From an uncultured Nitrososphaerota archaeon (GTDB lineage: Archaea > Thermoproteota > Nitrososphaeria > Nitrososphaerales > Nitrosopumilaceae), in the NCBI GenBank assembly GCA_963701075.1, contig OY969559.1, positions 960,001 through 1,024,000 of the forward strand: DNA of 64,000 nt, given 5' to 3'. Within the stretch, counting starts at the first letter, position 1, and the number at the start of each line of letters is the position of its first letter. Below, piece by piece: positions 52,476 through 62,930 of this stretch. The notes under the pieces were generated by a model. The model was not told the DNA's origin. It worked only from the letters and a program-made list of their open reading frames with translations, and ran no database searches. Made by a program: the position numbers and the translations under genes.

Positions 52476-53474
52476 TTAGAATTGGCTGATTGTGGTTGAT
52501 TCTCGCTTAGATATTACGTAGTTGAGAATCTTGATGGATATGGCTATTGCGCCAGTGACTATTAGTAATTGTTCAAGTGTATTGGAAAAGGGATTTGCAG
52601 TTTCATCCGAAATGGGAACTTGACCTATGGCTGATATAAAAAATAGGTATGAGTAAATGAAATAGTTTGTACTCCAGTGAATAAGAATAGCAGGACCCAG
52701 TCCATATCTTACATAGACCCATCCAATTATTATTCCAGCTATTGCAGCTTGAGTGAATTTTCCTGGACTCCAGGGAGTACCAGAAATTATGTGAGCGGCG
52801 CCAAAAAATATGCCCACAGTGATTATTAATGCCATAACTTTCCTGTAGTTCGTGATGTGAAGGTATGAAGCTGGCCTCCACAACGATTTAAAGAAAAGTT
52901 TCCATGATGCACGGTGTGAAAAGATGAGAAATAGAGGAACTCCTATCAGCAATACTCTAAAACCAGACTCTTCTGTCAAAGGCGCGATCGTAATCTGGAA
53001 AAACTGAATCAAGTTATTTTGAGACTGTGGTGATTCTATCTTTACTCCAAAACTTTCTTGAACAAAATCTATTGCGACTGAAAATAAGATCAGTATTGCA
53101 AACCATGCTATCATGTTTGTAAGTCCATTGTCTTTTAGACCTCGCCAACCTTCTGCCATGACGCTAGACAATGTGCTTGTTAAACTTCCACGAGGGCCAA
53201 TAAATGAAATAGAAAATAGTATCAAGTAAATTGACCATGCTATGATGAAAGCATCTCCGAGTTGAAACGAAATTGGTAACTTGTCACTAATTCCGCCTAT
53301 GAAGAAATTAAGTCCGTCTGTTGGATACTGGAAGTTTATGTCATTTCCTATGTTTGAGTTAAAGACAATATATGCTCCTATGGGAAATGATAAGATCATT
53401 ATTCCAAAAATCACAGATATGAACGCAGAGTAAGGAATGGAAAGAACCCTGCTTATCTTATCTATGTGTAACAA
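52476..53474 (-). CDS. CPBP (CAAX/Abi) intramembrane glutamic protease
   Basis: APLTEESGFR, FGAAH, ILIHW..N. Confidence 0.88.
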   Translation of the reverse strand: MLHIDKISRVLSIPYSAFISVIFGIMILSFPIGAYIVFNSNIGNDINFQYPTDGLNFFIGGISDKLPISFQLGDAFIIAWSIYLILFSISFIGPRGSLTSTLSSVMAEGWRGLKDNGLTNMIAWFAILILFSVAIDFVQESFGVKIESPQSQNNLIQFFQITIAPLTEESGFRVLLIGVPLFLIFSHRASWKLFFKSLWRPASYLHITNYRKVMALIITVGIFFGAAHIISGTPWSPGKFTQAAIAGIIIGWVYVRYGLGPAILIHWSTNYFIYSYLFFISAIGQVPISDETANPFSNTLEQLLIVTGAIAISIKILNYVISKRESTTISQF

Positions 53475-53481
53475 GTTGAAT

Positions 53482-53790
53482 TCAATGAACTTCTATACTA
53501 GATTCTAAAAATCCGAGTTTTACTAATGTCCCTTTTATTGTATCGCGATGATCTCCTTGGAGGAAAATGTATCCGTCTTTAACTGTTCCACCGCAAGCAT
53601 ATCTCGCCTTTAACTCTCTAACCACCTTTCCAAGATCATTCATCTTTGGATTAACCCCCTCAATCATAGTACCTTTCTTTCTAAAACGTCGCTCTTCAAT
53701 TCTAACCACGATTTGGGTTTGATCTTTTTCGAGTTCACCGCAGGCACATAAATCGTTGGGAAGTCCGCAAGTATTGCAGATTACCGCCAT
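53482..53790 (-). CDS. sui1: Translation initiation factor SUI1/aIF1
   Basis: CNTCGLP..LC, ELK..YACGGTVK, LQGDHR. Confidence 0.93.
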   Translation of the reverse strand: MAVICNTCGLPNDLCACGELEKDQTQIVVRIEERRFRKKGTMIEGVNPKMNDLGKVVRELKARYACGGTVKDGYIFLQGDHRDTIKGTLVKLGFLESSIEVH

Positions 53791-53857
53791 TCAAAATAAA
53801 AAGCTGGAATCCTACTATTAAGCCTTGTTCATATGTATCTTTTTTATGTAGATTCGA

Positions 53858-54205
53858 TTGATTCAAGATATGTCAAAAGAGCTTACAAAAAAAGCTGTAG
53901 AGATGCTTCTGAAGGGGGCTACCTTGGTAAGCGATCCATGTCCCTATTGTAAAGGTGTAAGAATCATCAAGGAAGGGAACGCGTTTTGTGTAAACTGTGG
54001 CAGGGAAGGAAAAGACAAGAACATTTCCCAAGATGAAAAACTGAAAGGTAAGACGAAGGAATACTCTGCACTTGACAAACTTGATCAAAAGCTAAAAGAT
54101 CTAACTGATGAACTACAACAAGAAAAGGATCATGCCAAACAGCAACAGATCCTCAGGTCGATCAATGATATAATTGCGATTAAAGAGAGACTTGAGAAGA
54201 TCTAG
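53858..54205 (+). CDS. UPF0148/autoantigen p27 Zn-ribbon protein
   Basis: MLLKGATL...CPYC...FCVNC. Confidence 0.85.
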   Translation: MIQDMSKELTKKAVEMLLKGATLVSDPCPYCKGVRIIKEGNAFCVNCGREGKDKNISQDEKLKGKTKEYSALDKLDQKLKDLTDELQQEKDHAKQQQILRSINDIIAIKERLEKI

Positions 54206-54246
54206 TCACAAAAGTATTTATTTAAACAGGGATGCCATATAGTGAT

Positions 54247-54411
54247 ATGAGCAGCAAGAAGTCAGCACCACTACCCGCATCAAGCGCGGGTCTTCTGAGA
54301 TTCTTTGAGGATGAAACTAAGGGATACAAGTTGAAACCAGAGGTTGTGATAGCCATTCCAAGCGCACTCATTGCCATGTCGTGGATTTTGAAAATATTCT
54401 TCTCACCATGA
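54247..54411 (+). CDS. secG: Preprotein translocase subunit Sec61beta (not in ORF track)
   Basis: Manual translation MSSKKSAPLPASSAGLLRFFEDETKGYKLKPEVVIAIPSALIAMSWILKIFFSP. Confidence 0.9.
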   Translation: MSSKKSAPLPASSAGLLRFFEDETKGYKLKPEVVIAIPSALIAMSWILKIFFSP

Positions 54412-56141
54412 CCGCGAGTTCTGATAATGTGTCCCGTATACACAAGCGGTATACACTTACAACATTTACTCCTACCTCGCCATATGTCTCACTTGCAATT
54501 TCAATTGTTATTGCATGCGTGATAGTTTCTTTATCTGATCTTTATTACTTCAAGTCAAGCGATAGACTTGCCTTTAGTATGCTACTAGTCATAGCCGCGT
54601 TAGTTGTAACTCAGTTCATCGATTCTAGATTACTGAAAACCAATTATTCTAAATCTTTACACATGTCTGCTTTTGGAAATCTTCTCTGGCTTGTAACAAT
54701 AATTGGTGGTTTGCTCTCTGTTTACGTTTTTTCAAAACCGCACTTATCCCAAGTTTACATAGCTGAGGGCATGCTTCTCTTTGCAGGTTTCAGAATAGGG
54801 TTGTTCACATCAGTAATTGGAGCCAAAGTAAAGACTGCCTTGGCAGTATGTCTTATACAACCACTTGCAATGTTTATGTCATTTGTCCCGCCTGAACAAT
54901 GGTTTCCAATACTTTCCGATCCTAGGGGGATTGTTTTTGGCTTGGTTTTCATTTTCCTTGGTACTGCATGGACAATACTTACTGATAGAGCTGCAGGAAA
55001 GGTTGCAAACGCTCACAAGTTCCTGCAGGCATACATTGCAGCAGCCACAAAAAATGATGCATCAGATATGGAAACAATGATGGAGGCGCGTTCCCAACCT
55101 TCAAAGGTTTCAACATTTCAAATTTTATTTAAAACAAAAAATAATGAATGTAGGCTTGTTTTACCTGATGTTCATCCAGGACCGTTTCATCCAATAGGTG
55201 GTAGCAATATCACTTATCTAATTTACAAGAATCTTAATTCATCTGCAATGGTCATGCACAGTGTATCGAATCATTCTCTTAATCTCCCTTCTAAATCTCA
55301 AGTTGAACAATATCTTGCTAGTCTACAAAAGAGCTCAACTATACAACAAGGATTTAGCTGCACAAAACCAGTAACAGTTCAGGTAAACAAAGCCAGATCC
55401 GTAGGGTTACTGTTTGACAAGACGGCAGTTCTAATTCTATCCCTTTCCCCTCATGGAATGGAAGATGTTCCAACATATGTAAAAACGGAACTTGAACAAT
55501 ATGGCAAAAATCGAGGCTTTGAACGAGTATTGATTGTTGACAGCCACAATGCCATGGGTGAAGAAATATCAAAATTAGATGCAGATGATCTTTTAAAAGC
55601 ATCCAAGTCCAACTTGGACACTTTAATAACAAAAGAAGCAATGCCCATAGAGATTGGATTTGCAAATGCAGAAAATCTCAAAATTGAGACCGATGATCTT
55701 GGCCCGGGAAAGGTGGCTATTATGTGTATGAAGATAGGCGATGAAAAATTCTTCTTAGGTTGGGCAGATGCTAACAACATGCAGAATGGGTTAAGAGAAG
55801 AAATTGCAAATCACTTCTCAAAAAACGGGTATAGCCTACTTGAGGTCTGCACTTCAGACACACATTACAAGTCAAGAAACGCTAGGAACAAACATGGATA
55901 TTTCGAGTTTGGCAGCTTGTCAAAATCTGATGATGCGGCATCATGGTTTTTACAGCTTGCTAAAAAAGCTGAGCAAAACATTTCCTCATCATCGTTTGAA
56001 TTACTTGCACAAGAAACAACTGTAAAAGTTATGGGCGACAAGCAGTTTGAAGATTATTCAAAATCTCTAGACAGGGCAATGCGTATAACACAAGGATTTC
56101 TTGTTGTAACAACTGCATTTTTCTTTTATACTATGATTTAG
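54408..56141 (+). CDS. DUF2070 family membrane protein
   Basis: N-terminal TMs, PDVHPGPF..GGS, DSHN, DANNM, TSDTH; ATGA overlap with secG. Confidence 0.85.
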   Translation: MTASSDNVSRIHKRYTLTTFTPTSPYVSLAISIVIACVIVSLSDLYYFKSSDRLAFSMLLVIAALVVTQFIDSRLLKTNYSKSLHMSAFGNLLWLVTIIGGLLSVYVFSKPHLSQVYIAEGMLLFAGFRIGLFTSVIGAKVKTALAVCLIQPLAMFMSFVPPEQWFPILSDPRGIVFGLVFIFLGTAWTILTDRAAGKVANAHKFLQAYIAAATKNDASDMETMMEARSQPSKVSTFQILFKTKNNECRLVLPDVHPGPFHPIGGSNITYLIYKNLNSSAMVMHSVSNHSLNLPSKSQVEQYLASLQKSSTIQQGFSCTKPVTVQVNKARSVGLLFDKTAVLILSLSPHGMEDVPTYVKTELEQYGKNRGFERVLIVDSHNAMGEEISKLDADDLLKASKSNLDTLITKEAMPIEIGFANAENLKIETDDLGPGKVAIMCMKIGDEKFFLGWADANNMQNGLREEIANHFSKNGYSLLEVCTSDTHYKSRNARNKHGYFEFGSLSKSDDAASWFLQLAKKAEQNISSSSFELLAQETTVKVMGDKQFEDYSKSLDRAMRITQGFLVVTTAFFFYTMI

Positions 56142-56758
56142 GAACGAAGTTCTTCTAGGTTGCCATAGAACTCATCACAGAATGCATCTAACTGATAGAT
56201 GGGTATTACAGGGACTTTTTCAATAAATCTTGTTTCATGCTGGTATAGTGTAACTATGGCCGGTACTGCAGCTTGTATTTTTTCCTTTGACAAAAAGTGT
56301 TTGGTGCGCTCAATTTGTTTTTTTACCGCCTTCTCAAGAGCTGACTGGCTCATTCGGTTCCAATGTTTGCAGTCTATTAAAATTGCAATTCCTGACTTTA
56401 TGCCGATTACATCGATTTGCATTCTGGGATTTGTCAATATGACATTACGTATGGTATCAAAATCTCTCTTCTCAAGTATCTCTGCAGTAAGTGATTCAAA
56501 ATCTTGCCATTCAAGTAGGCTTGAAATTTCCTCAATTGGAACGCCCATGCTAATTGCCAAAATCCCTGTCTTTAGTCTGTCATTTTCTTTAAAATGTATG
56601 ACGTTATTTTCATATGTTCCTATTCCATTCTGCATAAGGTTATCTAGTATCTCAACTGACATCTCTTCACTAGTACTAGTAGCCATTGCAAAGTCCTTTA
56701 CAGATATTTCTCCTGGTATTATTCCCTTAATGCCCTTGACAAGCATCTGTAGATTCAT
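56138..56758 (-). CDS. NERD/Mrr-like PD-(D/E)xK domain protein
   Basis: WQDFE, QIDVIG...IDCKHW. Confidence 0.75.
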   Translation of the reverse strand: MNLQMLVKGIKGIIPGEISVKDFAMATSTSEEMSVEILDNLMQNGIGTYENNVIHFKENDRLKTGILAISMGVPIEEISSLLEWQDFESLTAEILEKRDFDTIRNVILTNPRMQIDVIGIKSGIAILIDCKHWNRMSQSALEKAVKKQIERTKHFLSKEKIQAAVPAIVTLYQHETRFIEKVPVIPIYQLDAFCDEFYGNLEELRS

Positions 56759-56911
56759 TATAACTCATTCATCTCTTATTTTTGAAATATTATCCACTGC
56801 AAATAAAGATCAGGGTATAGCAATGAATTGCATTAAATTTTTTTATTTTGTATTATTTGTTTTCTAAAATAAATAGGCGATGGTTATATACAGTCCAAAT
56901 CAAAGCAAATC

Positions 56912-59383
56912 ATGAAATTAATGCTAGTTGTTATACTAGCACTCTTTATTCTGGGAGCAAAGGTTTCATTTGGTGAAAAAGGAACTTATGTCGACAAAGT
57001 AGAGTTCATACAATATTCTGATTCCAACACAGCAATAGAAGAAATAAAAAATGGTAACTTGGATATCTACTATTCATCAATCCCATCAGATAGAATAGAT
57101 CCACAACTAAGACAAGATCTAAACGTATTCCAATCCACCGGTACTGAATACAGTCTTCTTGTAAATCCTGCCCCTTCTGAAAAATTCAATCCATTCTCAA
57201 TAAGAGAAGTTCGTTATGCTCTAAACTACCTAGTAGACAGAAACATGATCGTAGATGAAATACTAAATGGTTATGGTTCACCGATGATATCGGCATACAA
57301 GCCATATGATCCAGATTATCTTTTAATTCTGGGCAAACTTCAATCATTTAACTTTCGATATGATCCGTCACTTGCAGACCAAATGATTTCAGATGCACTT
57401 ACAAAAGCAGGAGCACAAAAAGTAGATGGAAAGTGGTACTATGATTCAAAGCCCATTGAGATTACTATCTTTATCAGAAACGATGACCAAGTAAGAAAGT
57501 CTATCGGAGAAATTCTCTCATCACAACTACAAAAGATTGGATTTGTAGTAAAGCCTGATTATGGAGATCTCTCAAAGGCATTTTCAGTTGTATATGGGTC
57601 AAATCCTGCAGACATGGAGTGGAACATATATACCGAAGCATACACTGTTGGCGGATTTGTACGGTATGATTCTGTAATTGTCGCTCAAATGTATTCTCCT
57701 TGGTTTTCAAACATGCCGGGATTTAATAATCTAGGATATTGGAATTATGAAAACAATTCTTTGGATTCTATATCACAGGCAATCTTTGTAGGAAATTTTA
57801 CCTCTTCTGCAACTCGTGCTGAATTGATAAATGATGGGGTTGTTGATGGCATACAAGAATCAGTGAGGATCTTTCTTGCAGCTCAAGTAGACCAATACGT
57901 TGCTGCCAAGAAAGTTCAGGGAATAATAAATGATTTTGGTGCTGGTATTACAAGTCGACTTACTCCAATAAATTCTCGTGACAACTCTGATACGATAAAA
58001 ATTGGTGTTGGGCAAATCTATCAAGGTGCATGGAACCCAATAGCTGGATTTACTGATTCATACAGTCAAGAAATGTCAGCACCTGTAATGGACCCTGGTG
58101 ACTTTAAAAATCCGTATACTGGGATTACAATTCCTGTGCGAACAACATGGGATGTCAAGACAGCAGGCCCTATGGGAAAACTCGATGTTCCAAACGATGC
58201 AATTCGTTGGGATCCAGTACAACAAAAATGGATTCAAGTTGGACCGGGTATAAAGTCTACAAGTAAGATAACATATCATATGAAATTTAGCAATTGGCAT
58301 GACGGTCGCCCTATGGACATGAATGATGTGCTTTACGGGATTTACTTTCTTTATCAGTGGGGCTGGGATCAGGCATCTCAAACTGAGACATTTGATTCTG
58401 AATATTCTCCAAAGGCAAATCAGACTGCAAAGACACTGATAGGAGTTAGAGTTATTGATAATGATACCATTGAGGTATATCAGAATTATTGGCATTTTGA
58501 CGATCGTGAGATCGCAGATTCTGCTCAGGTCTGGCCTGACATGCCGTGGGAATTAATGTATGCAATGGAAAAGTCAGTCACAGATGGAAAACTTGCATTC
58601 TCAAGGTCAGACGCAATAAGTAAAAATGTTGACTGGTTATCATTAATTGTCCCAAAAGATGCCAAGATTATGGAATCTAATCTTCAAGAATTTGAGAAAG
58701 ATAACATCGTGCCAAAAGCATTGATAGGTCTTGTTGACTCAAATTATTGTGATTTAAGATATAATTCTTCAATATCATGGATAGATAAACACAACAATGC
58801 AATGATAAGTAATGGCCCGTTCTATCTTGACAACTATTTGCCAGAAGCAAGAACTATCTCTCTAAAATCATTTGATGATCCTACGTACCCATTTGGTGTA
58901 GGGTATTGGAAGGAATTTGAACAAATACAACTTCCAAAAATAGAAAAAGTAAATGTGCCAACAGTTGTAACAATTGGGCAAGATCTAGATATTCCAGTTT
59001 TAGTCACACCTGATTCTGATGTATATTATTATTTTATTAACGCTCAGGGTAATCTAGTCTACAGCGGAGTGCAAAATTCAAGCAATGGAAATTTCAGTAT
59101 CGTGGTCCCAGCAACAAAGACAATGAATTTCACTGTTGGCGCAAATGATTTGCAAATCTTCACTATATCAGACTATGCCTATAGACCAGATACGTTTAGC
59201 ACTAGTTTTCTTGCTATGGAAAAAGGATATGAAATTCCGTCTGAGAACATTACTGCTGTAACACAGAATACGACTGATGGTCAGAACTATGTTGTGGTTA
59301 TTCTTTTGATAATGATAGGTATGACAATCGCTTTTGTATATAAGAAGAGAAGGAAAAAGCAAACTTCAAAACTGGAGTTGTAA
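56912..59383 (+). CDS. Peptide ABC transporter substrate-binding protein (family 5)
   Basis: VRYALNYLVDR, WHDGRPMDMNDV, SNGPFYL; C-terminal TM anchor. Confidence 0.88.
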   Translation: MKLMLVVILALFILGAKVSFGEKGTYVDKVEFIQYSDSNTAIEEIKNGNLDIYYSSIPSDRIDPQLRQDLNVFQSTGTEYSLLVNPAPSEKFNPFSIREVRYALNYLVDRNMIVDEILNGYGSPMISAYKPYDPDYLLILGKLQSFNFRYDPSLADQMISDALTKAGAQKVDGKWYYDSKPIEITIFIRNDDQVRKSIGEILSSQLQKIGFVVKPDYGDLSKAFSVVYGSNPADMEWNIYTEAYTVGGFVRYDSVIVAQMYSPWFSNMPGFNNLGYWNYENNSLDSISQAIFVGNFTSSATRAELINDGVVDGIQESVRIFLAAQVDQYVAAKKVQGIINDFGAGITSRLTPINSRDNSDTIKIGVGQIYQGAWNPIAGFTDSYSQEMSAPVMDPGDFKNPYTGITIPVRTTWDVKTAGPMGKLDVPNDAIRWDPVQQKWIQVGPGIKSTSKITYHMKFSNWHDGRPMDMNDVLYGIYFLYQWGWDQASQTETFDSEYSPKANQTAKTLIGVRVIDNDTIEVYQNYWHFDDREIADSAQVWPDMPWELMYAMEKSVTDGKLAFSRSDAISKNVDWLSLIVPKDAKIMESNLQEFEKDNIVPKALIGLVDSNYCDLRYNSSISWIDKHNNAMISNGPFYLDNYLPEARTISLKSFDDPTYPFGVGYWKEFEQIQLPKIEKVNVPTVVTIGQDLDIPVLVTPDSDVYYYFINAQGNLVYSGVQNSSNGNFSIVVPATKTMNFTVGANDLQIFTISDYAYRPDTFSTSFLAMEKGYEIPSENITAVTQNTTDGQNYVVVILLIMIGMTIAFVYKKRRKKQTSKLEL

Positions 59384-59387
59384 TGTT

Positions 59388-60440
59388 ATGGGATTCAAGA
59401 AATATCTTGCAAAACGCGCAATCACGATGTTTGGTGTGCTGATGGCTACCCTTTTGATCACGATTGCACTTGTTGGCTCTAACATGGACGCAATATTGAA
59501 GCAGAGTGTGGCACTAGAGATTAGGCAACAGGTGACAAACAATAAAAGTCTAGTCTCAAGCTTCAAGACCCCCGATCAACTGAACTCGTATATCCAAAAT
59601 CAGATCAAACAGCGAGTAGTGGCACTGGGTCTTGATCAACCTTGGTATACTCCCCAAAGACTTGGGCTTGCTATGTACAAAATTTTAACATTAGACTTTG
59701 GCCATGCAAAATTTCTTACAAGTGACACGGGTTCTTCTGATGTCAAGGACATAATACTTGAAAGACTTCCAAACACCATTCTTCTTTTCACAACTGCTAC
59801 TGCAATAATATCACTGCTTGGTATATTGTTGGGCGCAATTGCTGCAAGCAAAGTCAACTCTAGAATTGATAAGATAACATCAGGTTTTGCCATCGTGAGT
59901 AGCAGTTTTCCTGTCTGGTGGGTTGGCCTTATTATGATCTTTTTGTTTGCATTCGTCTATCCTATATTTCCTGCAAGAGCAACTCCTACAATTCCTATGA
60001 CAGACCCTGGATACGCTGTATCTTTGTTGTATCACATGGCATTACCGTTAATCACTCTTGTTTTGATTGGATTTGGATCTTGGGCCTATCTTGTTCGAAA
60101 CTTTCTGGTCGGTGTTTTGCAAGAAGATTTCATTATGGCAAAGAAAACTGCTGGAATTGACAAGAAAAAAATCCTATATCGTCACGCATTGAAAAATGCC
60201 GCTCCTCCAATTATTACTGTTCTTGCTCTAAGTCTTTCCGGTTCTCTTGGGGGTGCGATAATCACAGAAGCTGTATTTGACTGGCCTGGTATGGGAAGAC
60301 TATACTATGAAGCGATAAGTGTTCTTGATCTACCTGTTATAATTGGTGCAACTTATGTCTTGACAGCGTTCTTTCTTGTCAGCATATTTTTGGCAGATAT
60401 TTTGTATGGATACTTTGATCCAAGGATAAGAAGACAATGA
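59388..60440 (+). CDS. Peptide ABC transporter permease (OppB/DppB-like)
   Basis: ERLPNT, HALKNA, ITEAVFDWPGMG, DPRIR. Confidence 0.92.
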   Translation: MGFKKYLAKRAITMFGVLMATLLITIALVGSNMDAILKQSVALEIRQQVTNNKSLVSSFKTPDQLNSYIQNQIKQRVVALGLDQPWYTPQRLGLAMYKILTLDFGHAKFLTSDTGSSDVKDIILERLPNTILLFTTATAIISLLGILLGAIAASKVNSRIDKITSGFAIVSSSFPVWWVGLIMIFLFAFVYPIFPARATPTIPMTDPGYAVSLLYHMALPLITLVLIGFGSWAYLVRNFLVGVLQEDFIMAKKTAGIDKKKILYRHALKNAAPPIITVLALSLSGSLGGAIITEAVFDWPGMGRLYYEAISVLDLPVIIGATYVLTAFFLVSIFLADILYGYFDPRIRRQ

Positions 60441-61795
60441 GTTTTTCTACAAAAGAAATTTGGAAAGAATTTTCAAGTAGCGGTATAGGTCTAGTAGGAA
60501 TAGGGATTTTGGTGGTACTATTTTGCATGTCAATAGCTGCTTTTATCGTCATTCCTGCTGAGACTTTTAAAGAGTGGAATGATCCTGCAAGTTGGCTCAC
60601 ATATCCAAAATCTGCACTTCCTATCTGGGTAAACTATTTTCTATCCAACAAGATTCCAGAACACATGATTTTGAAGCCTCAGGAATCTTATCAAAAGTCT
60701 GGGAATGTATCTGTCGTAACTGATGTCTTTGCAGTAGACTATGAGTATGACTCATTTCCAAGCGATTTTATCTATCAATATTCTGTTAGATACACTGGAG
60801 CACCATTAGTGCAACTATTGGTAACACGGCCAGATGGTCTAAGCTCCGTTCTCATATCTACCTCATTGCCTTATTCTTACAACGAAACAATGTTTAGCGG
60901 AATGCTATTTTCTACAGATGATTCGATGAAAAAGAACCTTGAAAACAATATTTTGTTCTCATTTCCTGTTACTGCCCTTCCTTCCCAGAATCTTGTTTTT
61001 TCAGACCTTGACCAAAACAAGGCTCTAAAGGGACATTATATTTTCAAGGCAAAGATCTATGACATAGATGGTAACATTACACCTGATCAATCAACATTTG
61101 TTCTAGGCGGTAAAGCATATGGGCTCATGGGTACAGACGAACTGAGACGTGACTTGGCAGTTGGGATTTTGTGGGGAACTCCATTGGCACTTTTTATTGG
61201 AATTACTGTCTCAATAGGTTCTGTAACGCTGGGACTTGTCTATGGGGTATTTGCCGGTTTTAAGGGAAAGACTACTGATGAAGCGATGATGCGTTTCAAT
61301 GATATCATATATGCCATGCCAGCACTTCCACTCTTAATTATTTTGGCAGTGACAATTGGAAACAGCATATTTCTCATAGTGGGGTTTTTGGTCATATTTG
61401 GTTGGGTAGGGATAGCCAAGGTATCAAGAAGTATGGCTATGCAGATTAAGACATTGCAATACATTGAGGCCTCAAAACTCATGGGACAAAAAGACTTTAA
61501 GATAATATTCAAACATGTACTACCGCAACTTCTTCCTTACACATTTGCAAGTATCGCAATCTCTGTTCCAGCAGCAATAACTACAGAGGCAGGGCTTAGC
61601 TTCTTGGGGCTAGGAGATCCAACCTTTCCTACGTGGGGTCAGATATTGCACGATGCTAGTGTCTACGGAGCTGCAGAAAGAGGACTCTGGTGGTGGATAC
61701 TTCCTCCGGGAATTATGATTGCAATAACTGGTCTTGCCTTTGTCTTTATTGGCCATGCGATGGACGCAATAGTTAATCCTAAGCTACGACGTTAG
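60437..61795 (+). CDS. Peptide ABC transporter permease (OppC/DppC-like)
   Basis: GTDELRRD, YIEASKLMG, EAGLSFLGLGDP, NPKLR. Confidence 0.92.
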   Translation: MSFSTKEIWKEFSSSGIGLVGIGILVVLFCMSIAAFIVIPAETFKEWNDPASWLTYPKSALPIWVNYFLSNKIPEHMILKPQESYQKSGNVSVVTDVFAVDYEYDSFPSDFIYQYSVRYTGAPLVQLLVTRPDGLSSVLISTSLPYSYNETMFSGMLFSTDDSMKKNLENNILFSFPVTALPSQNLVFSDLDQNKALKGHYIFKAKIYDIDGNITPDQSTFVLGGKAYGLMGTDELRRDLAVGILWGTPLALFIGITVSIGSVTLGLVYGVFAGFKGKTTDEAMMRFNDIIYAMPALPLLIILAVTIGNSIFLIVGFLVIFGWVGIAKVSRSMAMQIKTLQYIEASKLMGQKDFKIIFKHVLPQLLPYTFASIAISVPAAITTEAGLSFLGLGDPTFPTWGQILHDASVYGAAERGLWWWILPPGIMIAITGLAFVFIGHAMDAIVNPKLRR

Positions 61796-62108
61796 AATTG
61801 AACTGACGAATTATCTTTATTGTTTCATCATTAAGTCTAATGGTATATGCGGCAGAGTTAGGGTCTGTAGACTGGGCAAGTGATTCTGCAAATTGTGTCT
61901 TGTCTTTTCCTCTTTGGTACATACCTCCAGACTCTTTGATGCATAGTGGGAATTTTTGCAGTTTGAGTCCATTTTGGAAGAGATGAGCCATGAATTTTTT
62001 GTAATCTTCTGGAGAATACCACTCTGCATTTTTTTCTTCACAAAGCATTATCCAAGTGTCTATTGTATTCTGGAATAATGCTTTCTTTCTAAGATCTTCA
62101 AGGGTCAT
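61779..62108 (-). CDS. Hypothetical protein
   Basis: 109-aa ORF in operon-like spacing. Confidence 0.65.
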   Translation of the reverse strand: MTLEDLRKKALFQNTIDTWIMLCEEKNAEWYSPEDYKKFMAHLFQNGLKLQKFPLCIKESGGMYQRGKDKTQFAESLAQSTDPNSAAYTIRLNDETIKIIRQFNSNVVA

Positions 62109-62117
62109 TTTTAAATT

Positions 62118-62429
62118 TTAAAAGTCTGCTCTTTTCATCTTAGAGCCACATCTTGGACAGGTACCGCCTTTGAATCTATTATTGCATGCAAGACAGATGT
62201 ATTTGACTCCTTGACCTTGACCAAAGAACCCACCTCCGCCACTACCAGTGTCTGTTCCCATTCCTCCCATTCTTTTGAGCGCTCTATTTCTCAAGAAGAG
62301 GGGAAATACTATGAAAATTGCTAATGCAGCTATCAAACCAAATGGCCATGGTAAAAGCATCTGTAATCCTATGCTAACTGCAAGTGATCCAAAAAGGAAA
62401 ATGAGGTAAGTCTTGTAGTTTATCAACAT
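62118..62429 (-). CDS. Membrane protein with C-terminal Zn ribbon
   Basis: Two TM, Gly-rich linker, CLAC...CPRCGS. Confidence 0.75.
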   Translation of the reverse strand: MLINYKTYLIFLFGSLAVSIGLQMLLPWPFGLIAALAIFIVFPLFLRNRALKRMGGMGTDTGSGGGGFFGQGQGVKYICLACNNRFKGGTCPRCGSKMKRADF

Positions 62430-62462
62430 TACCTGTTATAGCAAAAAGCTTATAAATTTTTG

Positions 62463-62876
62463 TCATGATTTGTCCAAACTTATTGTTATTTCAAGTAGGT
62501 TTCCATCACGGTCGTAGGCAAATACGTCATTATCATCATACGGGGATTGCACAATTATTGAAACAAAACCAAAAAAATTGTGCAGATCAGTGACAGAAGG
62601 CTTTGCCACCCCGCTTGGGTGAGAGTGAACAGTGCCAACATAACTGGCATCTAGGGGCAGAAATGAATGTGGAAACCCTGCAAATGTAGGTCCCGTGTGT
62701 GAGAACGGCGGTATAACTAGACCATCGACAAAGACCTGTCCTTTCTTGTATTTGCCGCGTAAAATGAGAATTCCCTCGTTGGGATGATTCATCTTGCAGT
62801 AAGTGAGAATCCCGTCTCGGATTTGTTTAGTTACAGTTACGGTTCTACGTACTCCTTGCGTTCTCTTAAATATCAC
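62463..62876 (-). CDS. JAB1/MPN (Mov34) metalloprotease family protein
   Basis: HPNE, VHSHPSG...S..D JAMM motif. Confidence 0.9.
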   Translation of the reverse strand: MIFKRTQGVRRTVTVTKQIRDGILTYCKMNHPNEGILILRGKYKKGQVFVDGLVIPPFSHTGPTFAGFPHSFLPLDASYVGTVHSHPSGVAKPSVTDLHNFFGFVSIIVQSPYDDNDVFAYDRDGNLLEITISLDKS

Positions 62877-62930
62877 AGTATAACCTTTACATAGAAACTA
62901 ATTAACCTTAGAAAATCGAGATTTCGAATT

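Noticed and set aside
54222-54443. 73-aa minus-strand ORF
   Set aside because: Antisense to Sec61beta
56138-56758. Nuclease-domain gene as a second defence locus
   Set aside because: Sits alone among core genes with no mobility signal
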